Of a stretch of 64,000 bases of DNA, positions 1 to 12,183 are shown in pieces. The stretch is from positions 7,068,001 to 7,132,000 of the forward strand of contig NC_135263.1 in NCBI RefSeq assembly GCF_964204865.1, read 5' to 3'. Source of the stretch: Styela clava (lineage: Eukaryota). Below the pieces are notes generated by a model, which saw only the letters and a list, made by a program, of their open reading frames with translations, was not told the DNA's origin and ran no database searches. The position numbers were made by a program, and so were the translations under genes. Position 1 is the stretch's first letter; each line of letters starts with the position of its first letter.

Positions 1-3000
1 CTTTCACACTCGTTTATATCTATGATAAAAAATGATTCAAATGAAAAAATAGATAAAATCTCATTGTTATCAACACATAGAAAAGCGATAAAAAGGGGAC
101 AGCAACTATAGCTCCCCGGTTTAACATTTATGGAACAACTTGTATGAGATATATGTTCTCAGACATCCTTAGACAAAGTTTGAAATAGGTCTAAATGCCA
201 TTCGGCCCGTTTAGACGCTATTGGGCTGCATTTCACCTGGCCGAGGGCGTAAGAAAAGTGGTATCCTATAATAAACTCATACTAAACGGCCATTCAAAAC
301 TTAGTAGGCCTTCCACCACTGATTAGTTGCTTGTATACGTTATGCATGAAACATTCCACAAAACAAAAAATATCGCTTAGTTTCGTACCTGTTTGGCAGT
401 TCGTTCCGGTGTAGCCAGGCTGACATTCACACTGGTATTCTGTAGAACTTAAATGATTACATGTTCCACCATTCTGACAGGGCTCCGAGGCACATGGAGT
501 TATCACTGAATGATAATAATAGAATTAAAAATTTGTGTTATTATTTCAAATTTTTATTAGCGTTCGTTTTATCCATCTACTTTACAGTAAATATTGCTTA
601 TCTTCGTGCACATGCAGCTGTCTATGAGCAATAGAGACTACCCATCTATTGGGTTGATTTAACAATCGTGTATCTAAAGCAAGAGAATTTATCTAACAAT
701 TTATTTAGCGTGCAAGATTTAAAATGGCATAAATTAACTGAAACTTTGTAAAGTTGAGATATAGAATTTAGACGGTTTATCACAGGAAAATACGCGCGCT
801 TCCATTTCGGCTATTGTCGTTAACTTGTAATGCTGTTGAAGTTTCATGGACCTTTAAATGCATTAGTCTTGTGTCCGGTGACAAATCCACACTCACGATT
901 CTGAATGATATGCCGTTGACTATAAATATAACTACATTTATAGAGATATTTATACATTTATGTTTTTTTACACAAATAGATACAACAGGTCATCATCACC
1001 AGTATATCTCATCATCATTAGTGAACATATCTTATTGATATTTTTTCTAGCGGCAATTTCTAATCAGTATTTCGACTATTCGAAATAATAATCACGAAAA
1101 AAGATCGCTAGATTGCTCAGAACAGCTGGTTGCAAAGATGATATATGATTTTATGTCGTATACATAAAATTGGCTTTCTACATAAAAACGGGAAAGAATC
1201 CATAAAATGTTTGTGATTCTTTTGTAAAATTTTTAATTTTTACTGAAACACAGTGGCGTAGCTAGAGGCTGGTTTTGCGGGTCGCCCCCCCCCCCCCCTT
1301 TTGAAATGTAAAAAAAAAATCATCTTTCCGTATCGGTCGGACCTGATAGCTGTTTCGATCAAACTTAGCAAATAAAAATTTCAGAACCCCCCTTTGAAAA
1401 TTTCTGGCTACGCTCCTGCTGAAACACACACAACATTTGAACACTCACGGACAACTACGTATAACTTGCTTCATTTGAAAAATAAATAAAACAGGTTAAA
1501 TTCGGAACATCAATTCATATCTACTCCTGCCCACCCTTGAATGTAAGAGAAAATCCAGTAGATGTCGTTTTGTTTACACTGGTTTTTAACACAATTTCAA
1601 ACGGTCCATAACCAGAGGTTCGTTTTGCATTTCCTGCCCCGAACCCGCACATTTTATATCGCCCTCCCTTTCCAGAGGTCCCATGATAGACTAAACCAAT
1701 ATAATCTTCAGAACACTGTGAGGATTCTGATATGTTCAAATAGGAAAACTGCACCTATTTAAAGACGAGAATATATGTGGTCAACAATAAATATTTTTGA
1801 TAGTTAAAGGTACAATAACGTGATTTGGACATTGTTCGTTTTCCGAAATAATATTCTATTATATTATGAACCTTTGCTTTAATGTTAAGTATGACTTAGT
1901 TTATAAGCTAACTCGCTACCATGAGGTGACATTGGGTGACTATGTGCACATGAAAAGCAAAAGGCGACCATGCACTAATACAATCTAAATACTGAAATGC
2001 ATCGATCAGTATGAAAAGCAAGACATGCTCTTCTTCATGCTATAGGAACCTTTATATTTGGCACTGAAACCTATTCCGGTGATGGTTTGATCTGACGACA
2101 ATGTAATATTTAAAGGGGTAGATCCGGATAAAGGATTGACTCCATCATCCACAGATGAACCGCAAAATCTTCTTGCTGTTTCTCCAGCAAATGTAAATGA
2201 CATATAGTCGTATTGACAATTCTGTGAATTCTCAATACCAATCCTCTCGATTATGACCTGATAGGGATAATGATTAAATATATCGCCTATTTTGGAAAAT
2301 ATATAACTGCTTCTTGGTGCATTGTATTATCGGTGTTTAAAACTGATTTGTAAGTTTTTGGTGGCCAATTGTCCGGAGACCACCAGTCGTAAGGCTTGAA
2401 TTATATTATAGAATTACGATTTAATGTCATCACTTAATGGTTCTTTTCATTTTATACTTATTTGATTTATATCGCTATATTTTGACACTTTATTAATTTC
2501 TTCTTTTGCTGAGATATAATATTTAAAGTCGCTATAATTTCAATATACTAACAACAATTAATCTATATAAAGACATACCTCAACCATCATGTTTCTTGAT
2601 GTTTTGACAGTCCATAGACAGAGCAAGTTATTTTCGTAATTGTTTGGATAGCCAGGAGATGTTATCCGCCCCTCTAAAGCCGCTGTTGCTCCACCGCATT
2701 CCGAATAAACCGGAAGACTTGATCCTGTATTTTCCTGCGCTAATCCTGCATAAAATGGATGTATTGTTAACAAGTTGTTTGGTAAACCAAACATTTTTAT
2801 AATTTTCAAGACTTCGTCCCTAATGTAACAATGGTTTATATCCTTATGCTATACTTAAACAACGACTTGTTTTGGTAAAACTTCGACCTAGATTAATGTG
2901 TCTGAGCTGAATCCATAATCATTTTCTGCTGACATCGACAAATTAATTTCAAATTTTCTTGACTTGTATATAAAAGTTACAATTTCCTAATCGTAATAAA

Positions 3001-3307
3001 ATAAAGAATTTAAGTAGGCGTGAGTTATAGCAATTTAGTAATACTAACAATCTTATACATGATCATTCGAACATACATTTTGTTCAAACGTTCATTGCCA
3101 AAGATGTCCTCAATTTCAAATCCGAATGACTATTACATATTTTTATTGGTATCACTTCATATCTAGATTTAGACAAATGTAAATAAGCTGACACAAATTA
3201 TCTTATTGATCAGCATTACTTATTTCTATATCTTACACTGAATATGCCTTATACTGACCTATTGTAATTAAGAAACTGGTGAAGAGGCATGCGTACCATC
3301 CGCTCAT
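1..3307 (-). CDS. Secreted CUB-domain + EGF-repeat protein (fibropellin/cubilin-like architecture), 3' incomplete. Exons (-): 3307-3259, 2745-2579, [2257-2050 OR 1754-1535], possibly 1464-1449 and 900-794, 505-389, 19-<1
   Basis: Exon 1 MSGWYACLFTSFLITI joins GLAQ to give a signal peptide. The next exon is a CUB N-half (CGG...GRITSPGYPNNYENNLLCLWTV). Two CUB C-half exons follow (CQYDYM...RFCGS...GFSAKY and CSEDYI...KMCG...GFSLTF). Then EGF (PCASEPCQNGGTC...YQCECQPGYTGTNCQ) and the start of a Ca-binding EGF (DINECES) at the window edge. All boundaries are GT-AG with compatible phases. Confidence 0.9.
1251..1418. mobile_element. 168-bp non-autonomous hAT-type MITE in an intron of the CUB-EGF gene
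   Basis: Imperfect TIRs CAGTGGCGTAGCTAG / CTGGCTACGCTCCTG, with a perfect 8-bp target-site duplication CTGAAACA (1243-1250 and 1419-1426). A related end occurs at about 41407-41455. Confidence 0.85.
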
Positions 3308-6300
3308 CGTCAGATTATATCCACTTTTTCTGATTAATTGCACTTATTCCTCTAACTCATCCAAGCAAAACAACTTGAATAAACTGGTACTTGTATATGT
3401 ACTTTAAACTAAGATTCAAAATTTATTGTAGTAGAATTACAACAAGAAAATGAATTAAACAAAGTTCCGCATTTGCATGTTCACGTTCCCAAACAGGCAA
3501 ACCACTGATCATCAACCGCACCTTTATTCCAGCACAAGATTAGATTCCTACAACTGATGCAACTCCACATATTATTTTATTCTGAACCATAGTTTAGTAA
3601 TTCTGAACTAGCTAATTTTCGAGTGTATCTGTATCTAAACATTTCAGATTGATCGGAGGGTATTTTTAGCCACAAGTGTTATATAACCACGAGAAAAACA
3701 CAACTTGGACTTTATACTAAAACATAGTTAAGACTGACAATAGCAACTACTTCAATATTGAGTTTAAATTGTTACAATAGATATCAATTGAAAAAGATTG
3801 ATGCTACTATTATTCACCGCAAAGTATACCAAATAATAACAATGGAATCTAGGGGGTGGTGTGATATCATATATATGAGAAAAAAAATTTCGAACTAATG
3901 TTCGTCTTGCCCTGACAACTGTAAATTATTTTGAGCTTTGTAACTAAAAAAATAGAAACAAGATATACTCAACATCGCTTTATGACCTCACAAACATGAA
4001 ACCATAAAACAAATAGCGATTTCTTGATTATGTCTTGCCGTATAAAATATTGCATTAAGTAGGCTCTTTCTACTGTCGTGCACTTGTTTCGTTTCATTAC
4101 TTTTTTAATTTCTGAATTATTAAAAAAAAAAGAAATTACGTTTTCGCTAATATACAAACTTAATTTTGATATCAAAAATACCTATACCTGATAAATCACA
4201 TTAAAATGTATATTTGTTAGCGTAGTCAAGGTGGGTTTTTAAACAAAAATATGACATACTTGAGAAGTTTTATCTAGCCTGTCCCAGAGATAGACTATAT
4301 CACTACTGCTTAAATTATCTAAGTTGAGTCTATGATTTATGGTGATTTTTTCGATGGCAATTTTCCAACGAGGACAATACCTACTCAAATTGACACGGGT
4401 CCGTGTACCCGGATTTCACGGTTTACTATCATAACACGAATTGACCTAATCCGCCACGATAAGGATCATAATATAACCCATATTTTATCTCATATTTCAT
4501 TGGTATAAACCGCGAAGAATTTAATAAACGGGGCTTAAAATAAATTATATGTCCTGCTAACATTGCTCAATTTATTTTTAATTTCGAAATTCAAAAATTA
4601 GCGTCGAATCAAGTTTCCTACTATCGAGAAGCAACCGTGTGCAAGTTGCTCAGGTCGTACCGAATCGGATAGGCGATTCTATATTTTTGGAATTATACGC
4701 TATTATCACGAAGTTTGAAATATCGAATATTGTTGCAATTCATTATGCAATTATTTGTGAAAAAATTTAACCTCCACCCGAAATGAGCTTATGAATCAGT
4801 TATTATCAGCAAGTAATATTAACTTGAACAGAATCGTCCGGCTAAGTTCGTACAACAAAAATAACATAAATCATATTGTATATACGACGGATTTTTGAAA
4901 CACAATAGTTGCTCAAGGCAATATCTTTCTATTGAAACCAGCGGGAATTTCCCTCAAATTCCTTCCTATAATTAATCTGATCTGAAAACTTTTAATATAA
5001 TTAATCAGCTACTGGTCTTTCTATCTAATCTAACGTGTTGACAAGGTAAAACTCAGCACACGTCAATTGGCAACGCATCCACGTCTAAAATACCACTATT
5101 AGAAAAAGGTATCGTAGTAAAAGTATGGTAAGTAAAATTTATTCTACCTATTTTATAACCAAGTCCCATTTCTCACGCAAAAATCACCACAATAAAATAT
5201 AACTGTTATTTTTTCACACGGGGGTGATAGCGTCATAGTGTACATATGTTTTGAATGATTCTTCAAGTAATTAGATTTGTAATCCACGAATGAATATCAA
5301 CTACACGTAATCATATTTGGCAAAAAAAAGTATTTTGATGCGTTGTCAAAATATTGTTTTTTTGAAACAATTTTAAATTGAAACGCCACAAAAAGGTATA
5401 CAAACAAAAACACGCGGTTGCTTTCAAGTCTGCGTCATGATATATCCAAAAATTATTATTAAAAATCGTTTACAGAATCCAAACTCGGAAATCTTTCATC
5501 TATTTAAACTCCTCTTTCACATTACTCGTATATTCATCTTAATCGGCTCCTTTAAAACTTGTCGTTTTTTCACTTTATCCCTAAAAATAACAACAACACC
5601 GAAAACCCTGTTTACTATTTTATTTCTAGATACGAAAGTACACGAGTTACCACACCGCATTCGTGTTAATTATCCCGTTATTGATGAAGAGTAATTCTCA
5701 TTGATAAAATATGTTTGTTGACGTCGTTGAGAACCACCGCGCACTCGTTACGGTATTTTGTTTACAATATGCCACAGATACTGTTAAGTTGATGAAAAAG
5801 TTAGCGTTAATCGAGCTTGGCGCCTGTAGTTAAAGCAAGTATGTAAATACATGGATCAAGCATATGACGCTTTTCCTTTTGCATTGTTCATACATTGATT
5901 TAATCTACCTTATAATACTATCCCATTTCGGGATTTATTTTGTTACAATTAAATGCATCTAATTTTGCAATATTTTTTTTATAAATTTTATGAATCTGAT
6001 AGGATGATTAATTGAACAGAAAATAAATATGTTTTCAATTATTGTGACTCACAAAAATGACCAGCGCGCGCTCCAAGTACCACTTTAACTAAGTATGATA
6101 GGCCTGTCGATCGGGGCACGGGGGTCAAGAGTAATGAAAAATTTTATTCTGTATGGCAGTGCTAAAATGGGAAATTTCTGATATTGCTGCCATTTTCCTT
6201 TCATGCTGCAAAGTTTATTTAAAACTTGGTTCAATATAATCAAACATAATGAGCTTAATGGTGATCGCAATTGTTTCGCAAATGATCGAAAAAGCAAAAA

Positions 6301-6448
6301 CAAACACTGACATAGTTAGGAATCTTTAGTTGCCATTAGCGGAAAGCAGCAACTGATTTCTTAGCAAAAATTCCTGTGAAAAATTAAATTTTATTTATTG
6401 AATATAGGAAAAGAAGCCTAAAAGCGAACACTTTCTATCGCTCCATAG

Positions 6449-7735
6449 CAGCGTTTCCCAACCTTTTTTGGTCGCGGACTATTTTCCTTTGCGGACTCAA
6501 GGTGCGTTTATTGCAACCGTACTCTGTGTGAAGAAGTGAATAAAACCAAACACAACAGAATTTTAACGGCACAATATTCAATCCATGACAACGACGAGAA
6601 TTTAAAATGTCTTTCTATTTTATTTTAATTGTGTTCATGGTAACTCGCGGTTGAGTCGACGGGTTACGACAGGATGAGAGCATTACTTCTTTAAAATGCC
6701 ACGGCAATCTGCAAACATAATAATGTGAGAATATATTGCCCGATTATATTTAATTTTGATACATATTTTTTGCGATCTTGCGAATTTGTTATCGCCGTTA
6801 GAAAAATCCGACTATCTGCTATAAATTATCAGAAAGTACAACTTGATTTAGTACTTTTTAAGAATATATTTAAAGTATATATATTAGTAAATCAAAAATA
6901 CATATTCATTGCCTTGCTTTATTATTAATTTTATGTGATCTTTTTAATCTGCGGTTTGTCTGGACGAAATAAAAGCAATACTACTCAGAAAATATCATGA
7001 CAATCCGTGAACATAAAATGCGTGGCAAATTGCCCGATTATAGTTTGTTTTAATTCTTATTTTTGTGAATTCGACAAATCTGAGCTGTTCGTACAACACT
7101 TACGGCGGGTACTGTACGTACCAATGTGGAGGGAGTAAAGCAAATGGTTCCATTACATTTGAACCCACGTACATTTGAACCTATGACAATTGCACCTGTA
7201 TGCTATTGCACCTATGGAATTTTTTTGTTCCACGGATAAAAAAAATTATGGTGTTCCCCGTTTTATTTTTAGTATTTTGTATTGCCGCTTTTCAATTTAA
7301 AAAATTTGGGTTGCCACAATTGACCCCTACCAGAAGAAAAAAAATTCTTCCTCGTTGTTCGAACTCGCGAAAAACACCATCTATGGATACGTGTGCAGAC
7401 TCGTGTTTTCGTCGGAAATCCGCAAGTGAGTCCCATCGTTTGATTAAGCAATGCGCAAGTGAACTGTCGCGTCACCTGTTACCAAATTTTCGAATAGTAA
7501 ATTGCTATTCTAATAGTTGAATATTCAAATATATGCCCAGCCCTACTCATTATCCAGCAATTATGTTATGTGAATAAACTTGCTTTATATGTAAATTCTA
7601 ACGTAAATCATAACTGCTGATAGTTAAGTTTCGCAAAAACGTTCGTGGTCCGCAGTGAATTTCTGGCTCGTTGCGGACTCATCCAAATGCTCTGCGGACT
7701 CATTTGAGACCGCGGACTCGGGTTGGGAAACACTG
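6449..7735. mobile_element. About 1.3-kb non-autonomous hAT (Charlie-like) element
   Basis: TIRs CAGCGTTTCCCAACC / GGTTGGGAAACACTG, an 8-bp TSD CTCCATAG / CTCTATAG (1 mismatch), and clustered subterminal GCGGAC(T) motifs at both ends. No transposase ORF was seen. Confidence 0.85.
7154..7217. repeat. Four degenerate 15-16-bp tandem units (consensus about ACATTTGAACCTATG) inside the hAT element; possibly the end of a nested MITE
   Basis: tacatttgaacccacg / tacatttgaacctatg / acaattgcacctgtat / gctattgcacctatgg. Confidence 0.6.
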
Positions 7736-8281
7736 CTCTATAGGGTAAAATCTGCAGGTCAATACCCAACGACGAAAGAGGACACAAGCAGTAGAACAAG
7801 ATTTATTAAGTAGTGCCAAGTTTTTATTTATTGTACAAAACAACGTGAAAAAAATCGCATTTATAGTTCGCGGTTTATATGAATCATAGCATGTTTTTGT
7901 GATTTCTTAGGAAAGCAAAATAATCACGAAAACATTGTATCGCGTAACTGGTAAATCGAAAATAGACCAACAATTTTTTCAAGTAAAATGTCTAAATTCT
8001 ATCCTCATGTGATGGTTGAATATGAGAATAAATAGATTGTATTTTATTAGACGTCAAGTGGTAATGAAGACATCTGATGAGTAATCATCGTAAGCGGTCG
8101 TTAATACAATTCAATTACGTTTTATTGTCACAGCATATTACGATCCAACGATGACTATCACTAGGAACCGCCCCGGGTTCATTTTATTACTTCGAATGGC
8201 GCGTCGAAACATTCAATACCCAAATGTTTTGAAGAAGTGCTGGAAGCATATCGGTTATACGAACCTACCTGTGATCTCTGA

Positions 8282-10644
8282 ATGGATTTATATGGAAATG
8301 AGAATTCTCAAAGTTTTAGTTCGTGTCGTCGATTTTGGGGTATATTGTTTCTGTGCTGCGCGGTTATTGTTGTTATAATTTCGTCGCCTATTGATAGGTA
8401 TTATAAAATAAAACCAATTTTTAGAAAAGAGAAGTATCTAAGCATTCGAGAACGCAGTGCAAATAGTGTATTCAAAGAGGCCAACTTGCATGAAATTGAT
8501 ATCTCTGGTCTAAATTACTTGAAGCCGACATGTGAAAATATTTTGTCAAATCTAACCGATGGAAGATGGATACGTAAGGCTGATCTACCCATGTAAGTTC
8601 AGGCGTTATAGAAAACTCAAAGATTTTTTACTTCGTTGAGATAATTTTAGCAAACTTTGTAATAATTGATGGATCCCAAAAGTCGAAATATTTAATCAAT
8701 TTCGAATTTTAGTCAAACTAAGATATAGGAACTATTGTTTTATGTTAATAATTAATTATTGTTGATCTTTAGGTTTTGATATTGTTATATTGATATTGTT
8801 ATTTCAATTGTTCTATTTTTTATGTTCTACAGATCTGATAATAGTTCTTCAGGCTACTATAACCCAATAGGAAAAAAGATTGGCGATCGTATTCAGCAAT
8901 ATAGGAAAGAGAAAGGAATTCAATCAAAAATGTGGAGAGACGATGAAAGCTGTGGTTTTCGTCGGTAAGCACGGTTTCACATCCTAGATAGAGGCTACAA
9001 AAGGGAGGCGCAGTTCTTACCACTTCATGGAGGCTCCTGCCTACGAACGAACCGCGGCGTCTCTTGGCATGGTTTTATGGCGCTATTACCGGTATATTCA
9101 CAAAGTCAGATTTTAGCTTATCATGCTGAATTATATTATCTTAAACTTGAAACCTAACCCCAAATCCATCAAAACTGTATCCATAAAGAAAATGTTCCAA
9201 CTTACCCAAAGTGTGTCACCATCAGGGGCAGTCCTGCCATTACAGCCTACATGCCTTGGTTGTGACAGCACAATTTTACCCGCCATTGGTTTTTAATTTG
9301 CTGCCGTGGTACCCGCCTCACGCCATTTGTTTGTGGCAGCTAAAAAGTCAGCCGCTGTAGTTTGACCATAGCGACCATGGTTTGGAAATCCCGCCATGGT
9401 TTTGCGACAGCTTCAGACGCCACAAGGTGCTTAAAACTGCACTTGCCTGACGGGGCGACTTACTGCAGAGAGTGTTGAATTTTGAAAAAAAATCGTAGAA
9501 ATATTAGAGACTTTGAAATTTGACTTTGCATGTCATCATCCATTCAAGTTTATTATTAATTGTAAACTATTCTACTTTATAGGTTACAGACAAAACTCGA
9601 AAATTCGAGTTGGCCGTACGTTGGAAGCTGGTGCAATGCTAACAGCGATAAATCTTGTTGTAGTGACTATGACTCTGGGAAATGTGTAGCAGGCAGTTGT
9701 AGATGCACAAGGTATTGAAATTTTTTTCGCTTTATTAAATGAGAGACAGTGCCTTTTCTTGTGATTATTAAGTTCTATGGTTTATTTCAACAGGTGTGTC
9801 GACATGAGACAAATTCTTCACGCTGAAGTTAGCGAATGGATACCTTCCGATATCAGATGCAAGCCACAAAACTACTCTGCTAAAGCTGCATGCGAAGTAA
9901 TTCAGAAAGCAAATTTGACTGAACTATATTTTGTCGGAGATTCATTCGCAAGAAAAATGTTTAGAGCTTTTATATTGACAATCACGGACGATCGCTGGAA
10001 AGGGGCATTTACGAAAAATATGACAAAAGAAATGAAACAACTTTGCATTGGATACGATCAATTTTATTGGCCAGAGTGTCGTTTTAAAGGAACATCACTC
10101 GATGATATAGAAAACACAAATTTGTTATGTGGCGGAAAAGGAGATGCGCCATTTAACGCCTATACTTTCAATTATTATAAAGTGAATAGATTACAAAAAT
10201 TGCTGGCGCTAGTAAATAAGCTTCAAAACAAGCCAGGTACAGCAATATTACTTAGCGTAGGACTACATATGGATTGTAACTTTAACCACGTAAAACGTAA
10301 ATTTCTTCAACACGTTGTCAATGCAGTGCGGAATATCAGTTCAACAAGTCAGACTAAATCAGAACAAGGCAGAAAAATATTTCGGCCTAAATTAATAATA
10401 CTACCGCCTGTCTCAGCTGGTCTATTGAAGCCGCCAATTTATTTGAAACAACAGGGAAATGAAATCTGTGATAAGTATGCATTTGAGTTAGTTAGAACTA
10501 TTTGCCAGAAAATATAATTTACCAGTTCTCAATTTCCGAAAATTGACGAGAAACGTTATAAGCTTTGATGGAACTCATTATGGCATGGCGGTCAATTTAA
10601 TGAAGGTTCAGTTTTTGTTGAATTACCTGGCATCTACTTTATAA
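8282..10644 (+). CDS. Type-II membrane protein: TM anchor + hevein/chitin-binding-type-1-like Cys-rich module + SGNH/PC-esterase-like (GDS...DxxH) domain; frameshifted near 10487-10512. Exons 8282-8592, 8833-8964, 9583-9711, 9794-10644
   Basis: TM segment FWGILFLCCAVIVVIISSPI. Cys module WRDDESCG...WCNANSDKSCCSDYDSGKCVAGSCRCTRCVDMR. Motif YFVGDSFAR. After the in-frame TAA at 10515-10517, the +1 frame reads KYNLPVLNFRKLTRNVISFDGTHYGMAVNLMKVQFLLNYLASTL*. All three introns are phase 2, GT-AG. Confidence 0.8.
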
Positions 10645-12183
10645 TATAAAACTCATCAATTATGAGGATTATTTGTTAGGATATATTGTAATTTATTCAA
10701 CTATATATATATTTTTTTTTTCGCATTTTTTATCACAACTCGTGCAATATATACAATATCCGATACGTTAAATATTCAATAAACAGAAATATGTTTTTGT
10801 AAATATGGTTCTTTAGTTTATCGGAAAGTGCGAACGCAGTAAGCTGATGTAAGATGTAGTGATTTCACAATATATATAGTTAATTTGATTTTGAACAAAA
10901 GTCGTTGAAATATCATCTTAGTGATCGAACAGTTTCACATATAGATATTCTCTACCTTTAGAATGCATAGACTATTATGTAAATAAATTGAAACGAATCT
11001 TAGTCTCCATTGAGTCAAATCAAAATTTTCCAACTTTGGATTGCAATTCCTATGGCTAGATGACGGGAGAGAGCAAGAATGAAACCACGAATAAACTGCG
11101 CTTTGACTGATATCGTGGGCTTATAGCAATGGTGAAACTAAAACTTTCTTTGACATAATTTTTTTTTCAATATTCCAAATCATGATACTATTTGGCTTAC
11201 AGAAATAAAAAATAAACACGTTTTCATGTAAACTGAAAGGTATGCAAAAACGCTAGATAATACACAATTGCTTTCAATCCTCATCACATTTGTTACATGC
11301 GTATGTGTAACTCTCTATTTAAATGGACCAGATTATACGGTTTATTTGTAAATTCTATAGAACAATTTTCACGTGGAGTAGTTAGTAATACAATAAACTG
11401 TAACACACATGTTCGTGGCACAATAATGACATAATTTGTAAATGCACTTATGTTATGTGATGTGGATATATGGTAAATATTGACGTGAAGAACCCTTAGA
11501 TGAAACTATGAAAAATTTAAGTTTTTCATACGTCAGCCATTATTGGGTATAATAATGAATAAAAAATATCGCTACCAATATATACATATCTACATTGCAA
11601 AAACATAATGATTTGTTCTGCTCGGCTGTCTTGACAATATTCCATGAAAGTGTACAAATAGGGTTTGCAGAAGGGAACTTAACTGCAGTCAAATTCTAAC
11701 TTTTTTATCATAGATGTGAGAAAATCACAATGATTTTTTATTCATGTACTCAAAACATTAATGTTGGTAGTGCTTTGTTTTTACATCAAAGCTTTCTGGA
11801 TTAACACGGCATTTCACGAGTTATGTTTAGATACGATCGACACGACCTGCTGGCTAAGGTATGTCGTGTTCCTTTCCGTATAGTCTAACACAAACAAAAA
11901 ACAATCCCGTACGCCTCACCGAGCATGACGCGACAACTGTCGACCGATAACCAGGTCTGAACCCTCGCACTTTTCAGAAACAGTGTTACGAAACGGACAC
12001 GCGATAGATGGAAAAATTTCTTTTGATCGAAATCTAATCTACGATAGCCGCGGGCAGCAGGGAAACTCGATCAAAGTAGGCGAGAAGTACGATTTTTCGT
12101 AAAGAATACGTTGCAAAATGCCAGCACCCCAATAAGATTTAATATTCATTTTACGTTTGAGATCACAGATAGATTTTACCAAC

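Noticed and set aside
985-1030. Two box-C-like RTGATGA motifs on the minus strand in a CUB-EGF intron (snoRNA?)
   Set aside because: No downstream box D (CTGA) or terminal stem at a suitable distance; better explained as (CAT)n low-complexity sequence.
9223-9449. GC-richer intronic patch with repeated CCGCCATGG-like motifs and CAGGGGCAGT / ACTGCACTTG ends
   Set aside because: Probably an old MITE, but the TIRs are weak and no TSD could be identified, so it is not listed as a feature.
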